NCBI GenBank assembly: GCA_001781435.1
Contig: MFLV01000009.1
Location: forward strand, 435 to 58,698
Reading direction: 5' to 3'
DNA length: 58,264 nucleotides
Source: Candidatus Kaiserbacteria bacterium RIFCSPLOWO2_01_FULL_51_21
GTDB taxonomy: Bacteria > Patescibacteriota > Minisyncoccia > Phycocordibacterales > 2-01-FULL-51-21
The notes below the pieces were generated by a model that was not told where the DNA came from, made no database searches, and saw nothing but the letters and a program-made list of their open reading frames with translations. Numbering within the stretch: the stretch's first letter is position 1; each line of letters starts with the position of its first letter. This document shows, piece after piece, positions 7,132-15,968 of the stretch. Position numbers and translations under genes: made by a program.

Positions 7132-9042
7132 ATGGCAAAAATCTTGGGCATTGATCTCGGTACGACAAATTCAGCAATGGCAATTATCGAGGGAGGCGAG
7201 GCGCGTATCATCGAAAATGCCGAGGGTGCGCGCACTACGCCCTCAGTCGTGGCGCAATCGAAAACGGGTGAGCGTATCGTGGGACTTCTCGCGAAGCGGC
7301 AGGCGGTAACGAACCCAGGGAACACCGTTGTCGGCATCAAACGCTTCATGGGGCACCGTTTCGATGAGCCGGGGGTAATAAAGGACCGTGAGACCGCTTC
7401 ATTTAAAGTTGTGCAAAGCACGGATGGCGGCGCGCTTGTCGTTATGGGTGGCAAGGAATATCGCCCGGAGGAGATCTCCGCGATGATACTCCAAAAATTG
7501 AAAACCGACGCGGAGACGAAGCTCGGCGAAAAAATCACTGAAGCGATTATTACCGTACCCGCATATTTCAACGATTCTCAGCGCAAAGCGACTAAAGACG
7601 CCGGCACTATCGCCGGTTTGGAAGTAAAGCGCATTATCAATGAGCCGACTGCGGCGGCGCTTGCCTATGGCTTTAATAAAAAGAAGGATGAGAAAATCGT
7701 CGTCTATGACTTCGGCGGCGGCACTTTTGACATGTCGGTTCTCGAAGTCGGCGATGATGTTATCGAGGTGAAGGCAACCGGGGGCGACGGGCATCTTGGC
7801 GGGCGCGATATCGACCAGAAAATCATTAAATGGATTGCGGCGGAATTTAGAAAAGAATCCGGCATTGACGTGACCAAAGACCCGCTTGCTCTGCAGCGCC
7901 TTGATGAAGCGGCTGAAAAAGCGAAAGTCGAGCTCTCAACGGCTCTCGAAACCGAAATTAACATACCGTTCATCACTTCGGACGCTTCAGGGCCCAAGCA
8001 CCTTCTGCTTAAAATGACTCGAGCGGTGCTTGAGGAGCTTGCGCGTGAATTCATCGATCGCGCCGCCGTGATCGCTAAAGACACGCTCGCATCTTCGCCA
8101 TTCAAAATTTCTGATATTAATGAAATAATTTTAGTCGGAGGGCAAACGCGGATGCCGGCAATCCAAAAATCAGTCAAGGAACTTTTTGGAAAGGACCCCC
8201 ACATGGGCGTCAATCCCGATGAGGTGGTCGCCATTGGCGCGGCAATTCAGGCGGGGATACTTCAAGGCGATGTGAAGGACGTGCTTCTCCTTGATGTTAT
8301 TCCGCTCTCTCTTGGCATTGAAACGATGGGCGCGGTTGCGACGAAGCTCATCGAAAAAAACACCACGATTCCCACCTCCCGTTCTCAAATTTTTTCTACC
8401 GCTGCTGACAACCAAACGCAAGTGGAAATTCATATTGTGCAGGGAGAGCGCGCGATGGCGGGAGATAATAAATCGCTTGGCAGGTTTATCCTTGATGGCA
8501 TTCCACCCTCACCCCGTGGTATGCCGCAGGTAGAAGTAACCTTTGATATCGATGCGAACGGAATTCTTAACGTCAAAGCGAAAGACAAATCAAGCGGCAA
8601 AGAACAGTCGATCAGAATCGAGGCAAGCTCGGGCCTTTCAAAAGAGGAGATCGAAAAAATGAAAAAGGACTCTGAAATGCATGCGGCAGATGACCAAAAA
8701 AAGCGCGAGCTTATTGAAACTCGCAATGGCGCGGATCAATTGCAATACACCGCTGAAAAATCGTTGCGCGATAACGCCGCGGGTATTCCCGAGGAGTTGA
8801 AGAAATCGGTCCAGGAAAAAATTGACGCTTTGGCGAAAGTGAAGACCGCGGAGGATACTGCGGCAATTAAAGTAGCAACCGAGGGGCTATCACGCGAACT
8901 ACAAAAAATAGGGGAAGCTGTGGCGAAAGGAGCACCCAAAGACCAAGGGCCTGGTCAGGGCAGCCAAAACCCTCCTCCGAATGAGGGTGGAACGCGGGAT
9001 GCAGAATTCCGCGAGGGAGACGGTGAACAGCCAAAATCCTAA
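7132..9042 (+). CDS. dnaK: molecular chaperone DnaK (Hsp70)
   Basis: 636 aa; [17 protein letters not shown] and full Hsp70 architecture. Confidence 0.98.
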   Translation: MAKILGIDLGTTNSAMAIIEGGEARIIENAEGARTTPSVVAQSKTGERIVGLLAKRQAVTNPGNTVVGIKRFMGHRFDEPGVIKDRETASFKVVQSTDGGALVVMGGKEYRPEEISAMILQKLKTDAETKLGEKITEAIITVPAYFNDSQRKATKDAGTIAGLEVKRIINEPTAAALAYGFNKKKDEKIVVYDFGGGTFDMSVLEVGDDVIEVKATGGDGHLGGRDIDQKIIKWIAAEFRKESGIDVTKDPLALQRLDEAAEKAKVELSTALETEINIPFITSDASGPKHLLLKMTRAVLEELAREFIDRAAVIAKDTLASSPFKISDINEIILVGGQTRMPAIQKSVKELFGKDPHMGVNPDEVVAIGAAIQAGILQGDVKDVLLLDVIPLSLGIETMGAVATKLIEKNTTIPTSRSQIFSTAADNQTQVEIHIVQGERAMAGDNKSLGRFILDGIPPSPRGMPQVEVTFDIDANGILNVKAKDKSSGKEQSIRIEASSGLSKEEIEKMKKDSEMHAADDQKKRELIETRNGADQLQYTAEKSLRDNAAGIPEELKKSVQEKIDALAKVKTAEDTAAIKVATEGLSRELQKIGEAVAKGAPKDQGPGQGSQNPPPNEGGTRDAEFREGDGEQPKS

Positions 9043-9112
9043 GGAGAAAGGCACGCTGTCTCCGGGCGGCACTATATTGCGTGAGAATCCCTAATACGAG
9101 ATACTTACATAC

Positions 9113-10174
9113 ATGGCAAAAGATTACTACCAATTGCTCGGGATCAGTAAAAATGCCTCAAAAGAGGATATCAAGAAGGCATTCCGAAAACTTGCCCACC
9201 AATATCATCCTGACAAGCAAGGAGGAGACGAGGATAAATTTAAAGAAGTAAGTGAGGCGTACAGCATTCTCTCCGACGATAAAAAACGGGCGGAATATGA
9301 TTCTTACGGGCATACGTTCGGGGGCGGGAAAACTCAGGAGGGCGGTTTTGATTTCTCCGGATTCCAAGGCGCCGGATTCGAAGACCTCGACCTTGGAAGC
9401 ATTTTTGGTGAATTTGGCGACCTCTTTGGCGGCGCCGGCCGGCCGCGGCAGAAACGCGGACGCGACATCTCTATTGACCTTGAGATTCCTTTCCGAGATT
9501 CAGTGTTCGGGATCGAGCGTAAAATTTTGATTGCAAAACTTTCTGTATGCCAGACCTGTCACGGCAGCGGAGCAAAAGAGGGAACCGAGCTTATTACCTG
9601 TAAAATTTGCAACGGCAACGGGAAAGTCCGCGAAACCCGCAATTCCATCTTCGGCACCTTTACGAATGTACGAGTATGCGGAGTGTGCAGCGGCACCGGC
9701 AAAACACCGAAAGAAAAATGCTCTACCTGCCGGGGGGCTGGTGTTATGCGTCGTGAGGAAGAAATCACGGTAACCATTCCACCCGGGCTTGATAACGGCG
9801 AAGTAATCCGCCTTGGCGGTATGGGGGAAGCGGCACAGGGAGGCGTCTCCGGAGACCTCTATATCAAAGTTCATGTCTTACCGCATCCGCTGTTCCATAA
9901 AGAAGGCGCGAATCTCGTGATGCCGCTCAGCGTCAAGCTCTCAGATGCACTTCTTGGAGCCGAGTATCCAGTACACACGTTCGATGGCACTATTACGGTG
10001 AAAATTCCAAACGGTATTTCTTTTGGGGAAGTTTTACGGGTGCGGGGGAAGGGAGTCCCCGTTGAACGCGGGAAGCGCGGAGATCTTTTGATTAAACTTA
10101 ATATTCAGCTTCCGAATAAGATTTCAAAAAAATCTGAGAAGCTTCTTGAGGAGCTCCGCAAAGAAGGAATCTAA
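9113..10174 (+). CDS. dnaJ: molecular chaperone DnaJ
   Basis: J domain with HPD, a G/F-rich linker and four CxxCxGxG repeats. Confidence 0.96.
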   Translation: MAKDYYQLLGISKNASKEDIKKAFRKLAHQYHPDKQGGDEDKFKEVSEAYSILSDDKKRAEYDSYGHTFGGGKTQEGGFDFSGFQGAGFEDLDLGSIFGEFGDLFGGAGRPRQKRGRDISIDLEIPFRDSVFGIERKILIAKLSVCQTCHGSGAKEGTELITCKICNGNGKVRETRNSIFGTFTNVRVCGVCSGTGKTPKEKCSTCRGAGVMRREEEITVTIPPGLDNGEVIRLGGMGEAAQGGVSGDLYIKVHVLPHPLFHKEGANLVMPLSVKLSDALLGAEYPVHTFDGTITVKIPNGISFGEVLRVRGKGVPVERGKRGDLLIKLNIQLPNKISKKSEKLLEELRKEGI

Positions 10175-10707
10175 TGCTTAGTTCAAGTACCGGTTCGCTC
10201 ATAACGGATAGCGTCACCCGCGTCACGGGAGGATACCTTCCTTTTGATTATTTTCTCATCGGCTGCTTATTCGCGGTCCTCTTAGCCCTGTGCTGGTGGC
10301 TTGGCATTGGCCGCATGAGTATCGCGATTTTGAGCGTGTATGTCGCGCTCCTGCTCTACCAAAACTTCCCGTACCTCGAAAAACTTCTTATCTCAACAAC
10401 CTCGTCAAGAGACCTGTTCTTTTCTCATCTTCTTATTTTCCTCGCATTCGCTCTCTTCGGGTTTCTCGTTCTGAATCGACTGAACGCTCTTACCGGTTCG
10501 CTTAGTATGCTTCCCGGAACGTTTGAATACATTCTTCTTGCCGCTACTTCAACCGGCCTTCTCATCGCGATTGGCTACCATCTGTTTCTCATTGACCTCA
10601 TACACAATTTTGGGCTAACTATCGACCGGCTCTTCGCCCAGCCAAATTATTTCTTCTGGTGGCTCCTGGCACCGCTCGTTGCCATCTTCCTCTCCACCCG
10701 CCGGTAA
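10174..10707 (+). CDS. hypothetical polytopic membrane protein
   Basis: 177 aa with about five hydrophobic helices. The start overlaps the dnaJ stop (TAATG). Confidence 0.6.
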   Translation: MLSSSTGSLITDSVTRVTGGYLPFDYFLIGCLFAVLLALCWWLGIGRMSIAILSVYVALLLYQNFPYLEKLLISTTSSRDLFFSHLLIFLAFALFGFLVLNRLNALTGSLSMLPGTFEYILLAATSTGLLIAIGYHLFLIDLIHNFGLTIDRLFAQPNYFFWWLLAPLVAIFLSTRR

Positions 10708-10713
10708 CTAAGC

Positions 10714-11535
10714 CTACTTTTTCTTTTTGAGCTTTTTAAAAATCTGTGCATTAAGACGCTTGGCCTCTTCCCAAGCAAGATCAAAACTGTTCCGAAGCAT
10801 ATCGGCAATTTCCTTACTCTCGATTACTATTCCGAATTCCTCAACAGGTGAGACAAACACCACTTTATTGCCGTAGATACACATATCAGATGAGAACTGG
10901 TATTTCTCAGGAGGAATAAGGGCTATTTCAGAAGGGGGATGGGGCTGCTCATGCTTCATAAGCTCAAATAGCTCCTTTGTTGCCGGGTTAATGGCGTACA
11001 TCATAATTCCTCTTCTTCCTCTTTCTGAATCTTGTTTTTGAAAATCGGGCAAATGCTTGAATATCCTAGCGGCGTCTGCAAACACTCTTAAATCACTTAC
11101 TTTCTCTGTGATAAGCGGATCAAAATATGCTTTCCAAACCCCCTGTTTTCCTTCAAACATCTGAACCTTCGGACGATGTTTTGTATCCTTATGGAGGGCT
11201 TTTAGCTCAGGGACAGTGATTTTTATGTCATCTAACACTCCTGCATGTTTCTTTACAGAATCTTCGGCGACCTTAAGTAGAATTTCGGGGGAAGCAGCGA
11301 CATACTGTTGAATTTTTTTGTCTCCAGACATGTTCACAAACCCTTGCTTTTTGAGAGACTCCAAGACAACATATGCCGAACTCCGATTGACACCTGCTGT
11401 TCTTGCTGCCTCATTTACTGTAGCAACCTCAAGTTCAAGCAGGGCAAGATACATCTTGGCTTCTTTCTCGCTAAGCCCAAAGTCTGTTAAGGTTTTTATG
11501 AGCAAGTTGTTAGTTGGTGCAGACATCGGAGTCAA
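10714..11535 (-). CDS. TrmB-family transcriptional regulator
   Basis: N-terminal winged HTH (LSEKEAKMYLALLELEVATVNEAARTAGVNRSSAYVVLESLKKQGFV) and a TrmB-like C-terminal domain. Confidence 0.8.
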   Translation of the reverse strand: MTPMSAPTNNLLIKTLTDFGLSEKEAKMYLALLELEVATVNEAARTAGVNRSSAYVVLESLKKQGFVNMSGDKKIQQYVAASPEILLKVAEDSVKKHAGVLDDIKITVPELKALHKDTKHRPKVQMFEGKQGVWKAYFDPLITEKVSDLRVFADAARIFKHLPDFQKQDSERGRRGIMMYAINPATKELFELMKHEQPHPPSEIALIPPEKYQFSSDMCIYGNKVVFVSPVEEFGIVIESKEIADMLRNSFDLAWEEAKRLNAQIFKKLKKKK

Positions 11536-11544
11536 GAATAGCTG

Positions 11545-11560
11545 ACAATAAATTTATTGT
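11545..11560. promoter_or_regulatory. perfect 16-bp palindrome, candidate TrmB operator
   Basis: ACAATAAATTTATTGT lies 10 nt upstream of the trmB-like start. Related sites are ATTGTTGT-N9-ACAACAAT (11557-11581) and GACAACAATTTATAT (11680-11694). Confidence 0.45.
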
Positions 11561-11780
11561 TGTCCGAGTATAACAACAATAGTAAAGGAAATCAAGTAAA
11601 GGCTTACCGCTCTCTGTTTTTAATGATCGACAGCTTTTGACGGCTAGCCAGTAGCATTGAGTTATTTTTGTCTATCATCGACAACAATTTATATTAGAAC
11701 ACCATTTCCATCAGAGTTCATAGTGCGTCGAAGGTTAGCTTTTGAGGCTTACCCTCGACTTTGAAAACAGGAGAAGAGTC

Positions 11781-12515
11781 ATGTCTGATAGACAACACTC
11801 TCACAGGGAAGATGAACTGATCGTTTCCCCGAATATCAACCTTACTGAACTCGTTGAGGAGTTCAAAAAAGAATACGGACTCCATCGAACCATAGCTTTT
11901 TCGGGCGGCAGCGATGATCGCCCCGAAGGCATTGAGGACCGTGTTCTTGAAGCTTCTCTTGCAGAAGCTCTTCAGAAAAAGGAGCGCTACATCATCGCAC
12001 AGGCCATTGAACGTCTCCAAGGGTATCGTATCGCTATTCTATGCGGTGGCACAAAATGGGGCGTTCCAAACACGGCGGCACAGGAAGCAAAGCGGGTCGG
12101 CCTAACCACGATAGGTGTTTATCCCTTTACAGGGAAAAAACATGCTCTCGGGCCTGACTTTCTCGATCTACGCATCTGCGTCGAACCAGAATTTGGTGTC
12201 AGTCGTTGGGGTGACGAGAGCAGCATCTACGCAAAGCTACTTGATGGAGTCGTCGTCTACGGGGGAAGTGCCGGGACGCTTGTTGAAGTCGCGCACATCC
12301 TGAAGATGAACGAAGCGATGATCGATAAGAATGAGACACCTAAGCTCATCGTACCCATCTCTGGCACTGGAGGGGTTGCCGAAGGGCTTCCCTTTATCTG
12401 GGGAAAACCGCGCGTGCGCTCGGTCTCCATACCCTTGGAGAAAATCACGAGCGGTTCACGAGCAGCGGAGCTACTCATCGACCGTCTTAACCTTGACGAT
12501 TTCGTCGACATCTAG
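11781..12515 (+). CDS. LOG/SLOG-superfamily Rossmann protein (TIGR00725-like)
   Basis: ILCGGTKWGVPNTAAQEA and YGGSAGTLVE motifs. ATG at 11781 behind CAGGAGAAG preferred over the track start at 11742. Confidence 0.65.
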   Translation: MSDRQHSHREDELIVSPNINLTELVEEFKKEYGLHRTIAFSGGSDDRPEGIEDRVLEASLAEALQKKERYIIAQAIERLQGYRIAILCGGTKWGVPNTAAQEAKRVGLTTIGVYPFTGKKHALGPDFLDLRICVEPEFGVSRWGDESSIYAKLLDGVVVYGGSAGTLVEVAHILKMNEAMIDKNETPKLIVPISGTGGVAEGLPFIWGKPRVRSVSIPLEKITSGSRAAELLIDRLNLDDFVDI

Positions 12516-12531
12516 AAAAGGAGAGTGGATA

Positions 12532-14058
12532 ATGTCTGTCATCAAGGCACGTAAATTGGGTGGTTTTCTTGAGTTCAACCCGGCTGAACAAAGGGTCCTC
12601 GAGGACCTCAAACTCAAGATACTCCAAGCCTATGAAAGCTTCGGCTTTGTGCCGATCGAGACCTGTGCGGTTGAGCCGAAGGAAGTGCTCACCGCGAAAG
12701 GAGGTTCGATCGACAAACAAATCTACGCCGTCAGCCGTCTTGTTGGCGAAGTCGAACTAAACGCCTCTCTTGAAGAGGCGATCAAGAGGCTTTCTGAAAA
12801 TGGAGCCCCGAGCTTCCTGGAGTCCTACTTGAACGCCGATTCCCTAAAGGAGTTCAAGTTCGAGGAAGAGGATAGCGACGATGTGAAGGTGCTGAAGGTT
12901 ATCCGCGGTCTCGTCAAACGGTCGCAGACGGACATGGCACTTCATTTCGACCTCACAATTCCGTTCGCCCACTATGTCGCGAAGTATAAGAACGAGCTGG
13001 TGTTTCCATTCCGCCGCTACCAAATGCAGAAGGTTTGGCGGGGTGAGCGGCAGCAGTCTGGGCGTTATCGCGAGTTCTACCAGTGCGACATCGACGTGAT
13101 CGGCCGAGGGGAGCTGAGTCTCCTTGCGGACGCAGAAATGCCGAGCATCATTAGTCAAATCTTCGATAAGATGAACATCGGCAGGTTTGTTACCCGCATT
13201 AGTAACGCCAAGATCCAGCAGGAATACTTCCGCTACGCGGGTGTTCCCGAGGAACTTCTTGTCGTTGCAAAGGACGCCATCGACGAGCTGGGAAAGGTCG
13301 GCGTCAATAGGACAGTCACTTCTCTCAGCGTTGGTACGGGTATCTCCACGGATCGTGCGCGAGAGGTTGTTGGGTTCGTAACTCAAAGCGGCCTCTCGTC
13401 TGACGACCTGCTCAAAAAGCTCGCAACCATCCCTGTGAGTGATCGTTACCGTACGGGCTTGGCCGAACTCGGAGAGGTCATGGAAGGGGTACGGGTGTTT
13501 GGAGTTCCAGATACCCAGGTGCGGGTTGACCTCTCTGTCGCTCGCGGGCTCGACTACTACACGAGTACCGTCTACGAAACGGTACTCGTCGACCAGTCGG
13601 GAGTCGGGAGTGTCTGTGGAGGTGGCAGGTATGACGACCTCGCCAGTTACTACACCGATGAGAAATTCCCCGGTGTTGGAATTTCCATTGGACTTACGAG
13701 ACTTGTGGCTCGGCTTATAGGGGCCAAGCTCGTAGAGCCAAAACACACCGCCACTGCGTCCGTGCTTGTTACCACGCTCGGCTTTGCTCACATGCCCAAG
13801 TACACAAAAATCGCAAGACAACTCCGTGCGGCGGACATCAACACGGAACTCTATCTTGGCCTAGCGCCGATTGGCAAGCAACTCCAGTATGCCAATCGGA
13901 AAGGATTCCAGCTGGCCATCATCGCAGGCGACCGGGAGTTTGACCGGAATTGCGTCCAAATTCGAAACCTTGTCACTGGCAAAAGCGGCGAGTACCTAAC
14001 CGATTCGATCGTCACGGAGGTCAACTACATACTCGGTCTGATTCGCGAAGGTCGCTAG
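12532..14058 (+). CDS. hisS: histidyl-tRNA synthetase with an internal insertion of about 65 aa
   Basis: Class II motifs FRRYQMQKVWRGERQQSGRYREFYQCDIDVIG and GGGRYDDL, plus a C-terminal anticodon-binding domain. ATG at 12532 behind AAGGAGAG; the track ORF from 12331 overlaps the upstream gene. Confidence 0.9.
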   Translation: MSVIKARKLGGFLEFNPAEQRVLEDLKLKILQAYESFGFVPIETCAVEPKEVLTAKGGSIDKQIYAVSRLVGEVELNASLEEAIKRLSENGAPSFLESYLNADSLKEFKFEEEDSDDVKVLKVIRGLVKRSQTDMALHFDLTIPFAHYVAKYKNELVFPFRRYQMQKVWRGERQQSGRYREFYQCDIDVIGRGELSLLADAEMPSIISQIFDKMNIGRFVTRISNAKIQQEYFRYAGVPEELLVVAKDAIDELGKVGVNRTVTSLSVGTGISTDRAREVVGFVTQSGLSSDDLLKKLATIPVSDRYRTGLAELGEVMEGVRVFGVPDTQVRVDLSVARGLDYYTSTVYETVLVDQSGVGSVCGGGRYDDLASYYTDEKFPGVGISIGLTRLVARLIGAKLVEPKHTATASVLVTTLGFAHMPKYTKIARQLRAADINTELYLGLAPIGKQLQYANRKGFQLAIIAGDREFDRNCVQIRNLVTGKSGEYLTDSIVTEVNYILGLIREGR

Positions 14059-14083
14059 CCGCCGTGTAGTCCAGTTCACTTAT

Positions 14084-14124
14084 GCGCTCCATTCTTCTTT
14101 CGGGAAGGTGGAGCGTTCTTTTTG
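14084..14124 (+). terminator. intrinsic terminator after hisS
   Basis: GCGCTCCA pairs with TGGAGCG, with an inner CTTC/GAAG pair, followed by TTCTTTTTG. Confidence 0.6.
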
Positions 14125-14150
14125 TCAAGAGGAGAGAAGAGTGATATAAA
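14122..14150 (+). promoter_or_regulatory. sigma70-type promoter, leaderless-type spacing
   Basis: TTGTCA (14122-14127), 17-nt spacer, TATAAA (14145-14150). Only 6 nt remain before the ATG at 14157. Confidence 0.55.
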
Positions 14151-14156
14151 TGTGAA

Positions 14157-14711
14157 ATGCAAACGCGCAAGAAATATCAAATCGGTGTAATGGGTTCAGC
14201 CGCCGACCTTAACTATGCCCCAGAAATTGAGAGGATGGCTTTTAAAATCGGAAGAACTATTGCCGAATCAGGAAATATTATTGTATACGGAGCCGAGAAA
14301 GACTACGATTCGCTTTCCACTGCGGCGGCACGAGGAGCAAAGAGCGCAGGCGGTCTTACCGTTGGTGTGACGTATGGAAAGGGAAAAGAGGTTTGGGACA
14401 AAGAGGGAAATACGGATGTCCTTGTCGTAACCGGAGTTGAACGCGGGGGCGGACGAGAATTTGTACTCGTCAACTCTTGTGACGCCATCATTATCGTTTC
14501 AGGCGGCTCGGGGACGCTTACTGAAGCAGCAATGGCCTACCAACTAAACATTCCTATTGTTGCGCTTGTTGGTACCGGTGGATGGGCAGACAAACTTGCA
14601 GGAACATACATAGACGCGCGGGAGCGTATCAAAGTTGAGACAGCTAAAACGCCGGAAGAAGCCGTTGAAAAAGCCATTCAGATAATTCAAAAAGGTGTTC
14701 GAATTGTTTGA
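14157..14711 (+). CDS. LOG-family protein (TIGR00725-like)
   Basis: 184 aa; IGVMGSA...GAKSAGGLTVGV...SGGSGTLTEAAMA (PGGxGTxxE-type motif). Confidence 0.75.
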   Translation: MQTRKKYQIGVMGSAADLNYAPEIERMAFKIGRTIAESGNIIVYGAEKDYDSLSTAAARGAKSAGGLTVGVTYGKGKEVWDKEGNTDVLVVTGVERGGGREFVLVNSCDAIIIVSGGSGTLTEAAMAYQLNIPIVALVGTGGWADKLAGTYIDARERIKVETAKTPEEAVEKAIQIIQKGVRIV

Positions 14712-14792
14712 CAAGTTATTCTTAAAAATGCTAACATACATTTACCTAGATATGAGCAAGGAATTTCAAATGAATTCTCATAATCACCATGT

Positions 14793-14820
14793 TTTCCTCC
14801 TTGGAGGAGGAGGTTTATTT
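14793..14820 (+). terminator. intrinsic terminator-like hairpin
   Basis: TTTCCTCC-TTGGA-GGAGGAGG followed by TTTATTT. It lies inside a 24-codon His/Gly-rich mini-ORF (14752-14826). Confidence 0.45.
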
Positions 14821-14859
14821 TGGTGATTTTTGTCTTGACAAAATCATAACACCAAAGTC

Positions 14860-14884
14860 AATCCCTTCCTCGAAGGGATTTTTA
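14860..14884 (+). terminator. intrinsic terminator
   Basis: AATCCCTTC-CTC-GAAGGGATT followed by TTTAATT. Confidence 0.6.
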
Positions 14885-14929
14885 ATTGAGGAAGAGTTCT
14901 TTCACAGCAACCAACACTGAGAGGTATCA

Positions 14930-15811
14930 ATGTCTGCTCCAGACACTAACGAAGCAGAAGTATCCGCTCTTCCCTATGTCGTGTCAGCAGACGTACGTTT
15001 GCTACTCGAGGGATGGGCAAAGACCGCCGACTTCAAGATGCCGGAAGAGCGTTTTTTCGAAGAGCTACGTGAGGAATTCTCGACATACATGAAAAAAATT
15101 TTCCCATCGTTTGAATTCCTACACGAAAACACTATCCTCGCCGAGATGCAAGAGCTAATGAAAGAGTGCGGACTGCCAATCGTGAGTCTTGACCGTGCGT
15201 ATTGGCATTCCAACCTCGCGATCGAGTTATCGCGTAACGTGGGCACGGATATGTCAGACCTGGGTCTTGCTCCTCGCAGTGGAACACCTTCACTTGAGCA
15301 ACAGGTGAGTTTCATTGCTTCGCAGGCCGTAGAAGTTGTCCTTGTTGACGATGTGATCTTCAGTGGTGACCTAATCGAAAGTGTCATCACAAGTCTCAAA
15401 CGCTGCGGTGTGGGAGTAAGGGCAGTGTACGCCGCTGTCGGTGTAGCCAACGGCGTAAATCGCGTTCAGCAACACGTCGAGAAAGTTCGTTGTATACGTT
15501 TGTATCGGGCCGTCCGTGATGAGGTGTGTGAGCGCGATTTCTACCCGGGAGTGCCTTTTTCTGGCCGATCACTTGTCGGTGGTGATAATGTTGGGTTACC
15601 CTATGTCCTTCCTTTCGGGAATCCAGTTGAATGGGCGTCTATCCCGCAAGATTGCGTAGACGATTTCTCGCGGTTTTGTATCCGGCAGACACGTACCCTT
15701 TTCAGGGAAATTGGGCGTGTGTCAGAGCGAGAAGTGCGCTGTTGCGACCTGCCCAGAAAAGTACACAAAATCTCTAGCAGCAACAAGAGATTCGTCGATG
15801 TCCTCAGTTGA
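14930..15811 (+). CDS. type I phosphoribosyltransferase-like protein with a novel N-terminal domain
   Basis: 293 aa. PRPP-loop-like VEVVLVDDVIFSGDLI; the first 130 aa or so are not recognised. Confidence 0.6.
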   Translation: MSAPDTNEAEVSALPYVVSADVRLLLEGWAKTADFKMPEERFFEELREEFSTYMKKIFPSFEFLHENTILAEMQELMKECGLPIVSLDRAYWHSNLAIELSRNVGTDMSDLGLAPRSGTPSLEQQVSFIASQAVEVVLVDDVIFSGDLIESVITSLKRCGVGVRAVYAAVGVANGVNRVQQHVEKVRCIRLYRAVRDEVCERDFYPGVPFSGRSLVGGDNVGLPYVLPFGNPVEWASIPQDCVDDFSRFCIRQTRTLFREIGRVSEREVRCCDLPRKVHKISSSNKRFVDVLS

Positions 15812-15835
15812 TGTAAAGCGAAGCAGGATTACTCC

Positions 15836-15869
15836 TTGGCCGCCGCGCTTAAAAAACGGCGGCCAATTT
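15836..15869 (+). terminator. intrinsic terminator after the PRTase-like gene
   Basis: TTGGCCGCCG pairs with CGGCGGCCAA (10 bp), followed by TTT. Confidence 0.65.
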
Positions 15870-15890
15870 CTTAACTATACAAAGTAAATT

Positions 15891-15918
15891 TTGGCCTTGT
15901 GTGACACAAGCTTATATT
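15891..15918 (+). promoter_or_regulatory. candidate promoter with a palindromic operator in the spacer
   Basis: TTGGCC (15891-15896), 16-nt spacer, TATATT (15913-15918). The perfect palindrome CTTGTGT-G-ACACAAG (15896-15910) fills the spacer. Confidence 0.45.
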
Positions 15919-15923
15919 GTAAA

Positions 15924-15965
15924 ATGTCTGCATCCTATAGCCATTTGCGAATGGCGTTGGTTTGA
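15924..15965 (+). CDS. 13-codon ORF (MSASYSHLRMALV), candidate leader or substrate peptide
   Basis: The ATG is 5 nt after the -10 box and the TGA is 3 nt before the next ATG. No SD and no homology evidence. Confidence 0.2.
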   Translation: MSASYSHLRMALV

Positions 15966-15968
15966 TTA

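Noticed and set aside
7119-8726. Several 90-176-aa ORFs on the minus strand inside dnaK (7119-7571, 7399-7794, 7704-8234, 8430-8726).
   Set aside because: They lie antisense to an unambiguous Hsp70 gene, have low-complexity Ser/Ala/Arg-rich translations and match no family. These are typical shadow ORFs of a GC-rich coding region.
12331-12531. The N-terminal 67-codon extension of the hisS ORF in the track. The same issue applies to extensions of the rpsD (3347), dac (30370) and rplU (56086) ORFs.
   Set aside because: The extensions overlap the preceding gene or a terminator. Internal ATGs with an SD or a family-typical N-terminus give the expected protein.
12844-13821. A 325-aa minus-strand ORF, the longest unassigned ORF in the track.
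   Set aside because: It is entirely antisense to hisS, whose class II synthetase motifs are unambiguous. Its translation has no recognisable features.
14752-14826. The His-rich mini-ORF as a classical his-type transcription attenuator for the downstream PRTase-like gene.
   Set aside because: There are only three His codons, I could draw no alternative antiterminator pairing, and there is no SD. A second independent terminator also follows. It is reported only as a low-interest observation.
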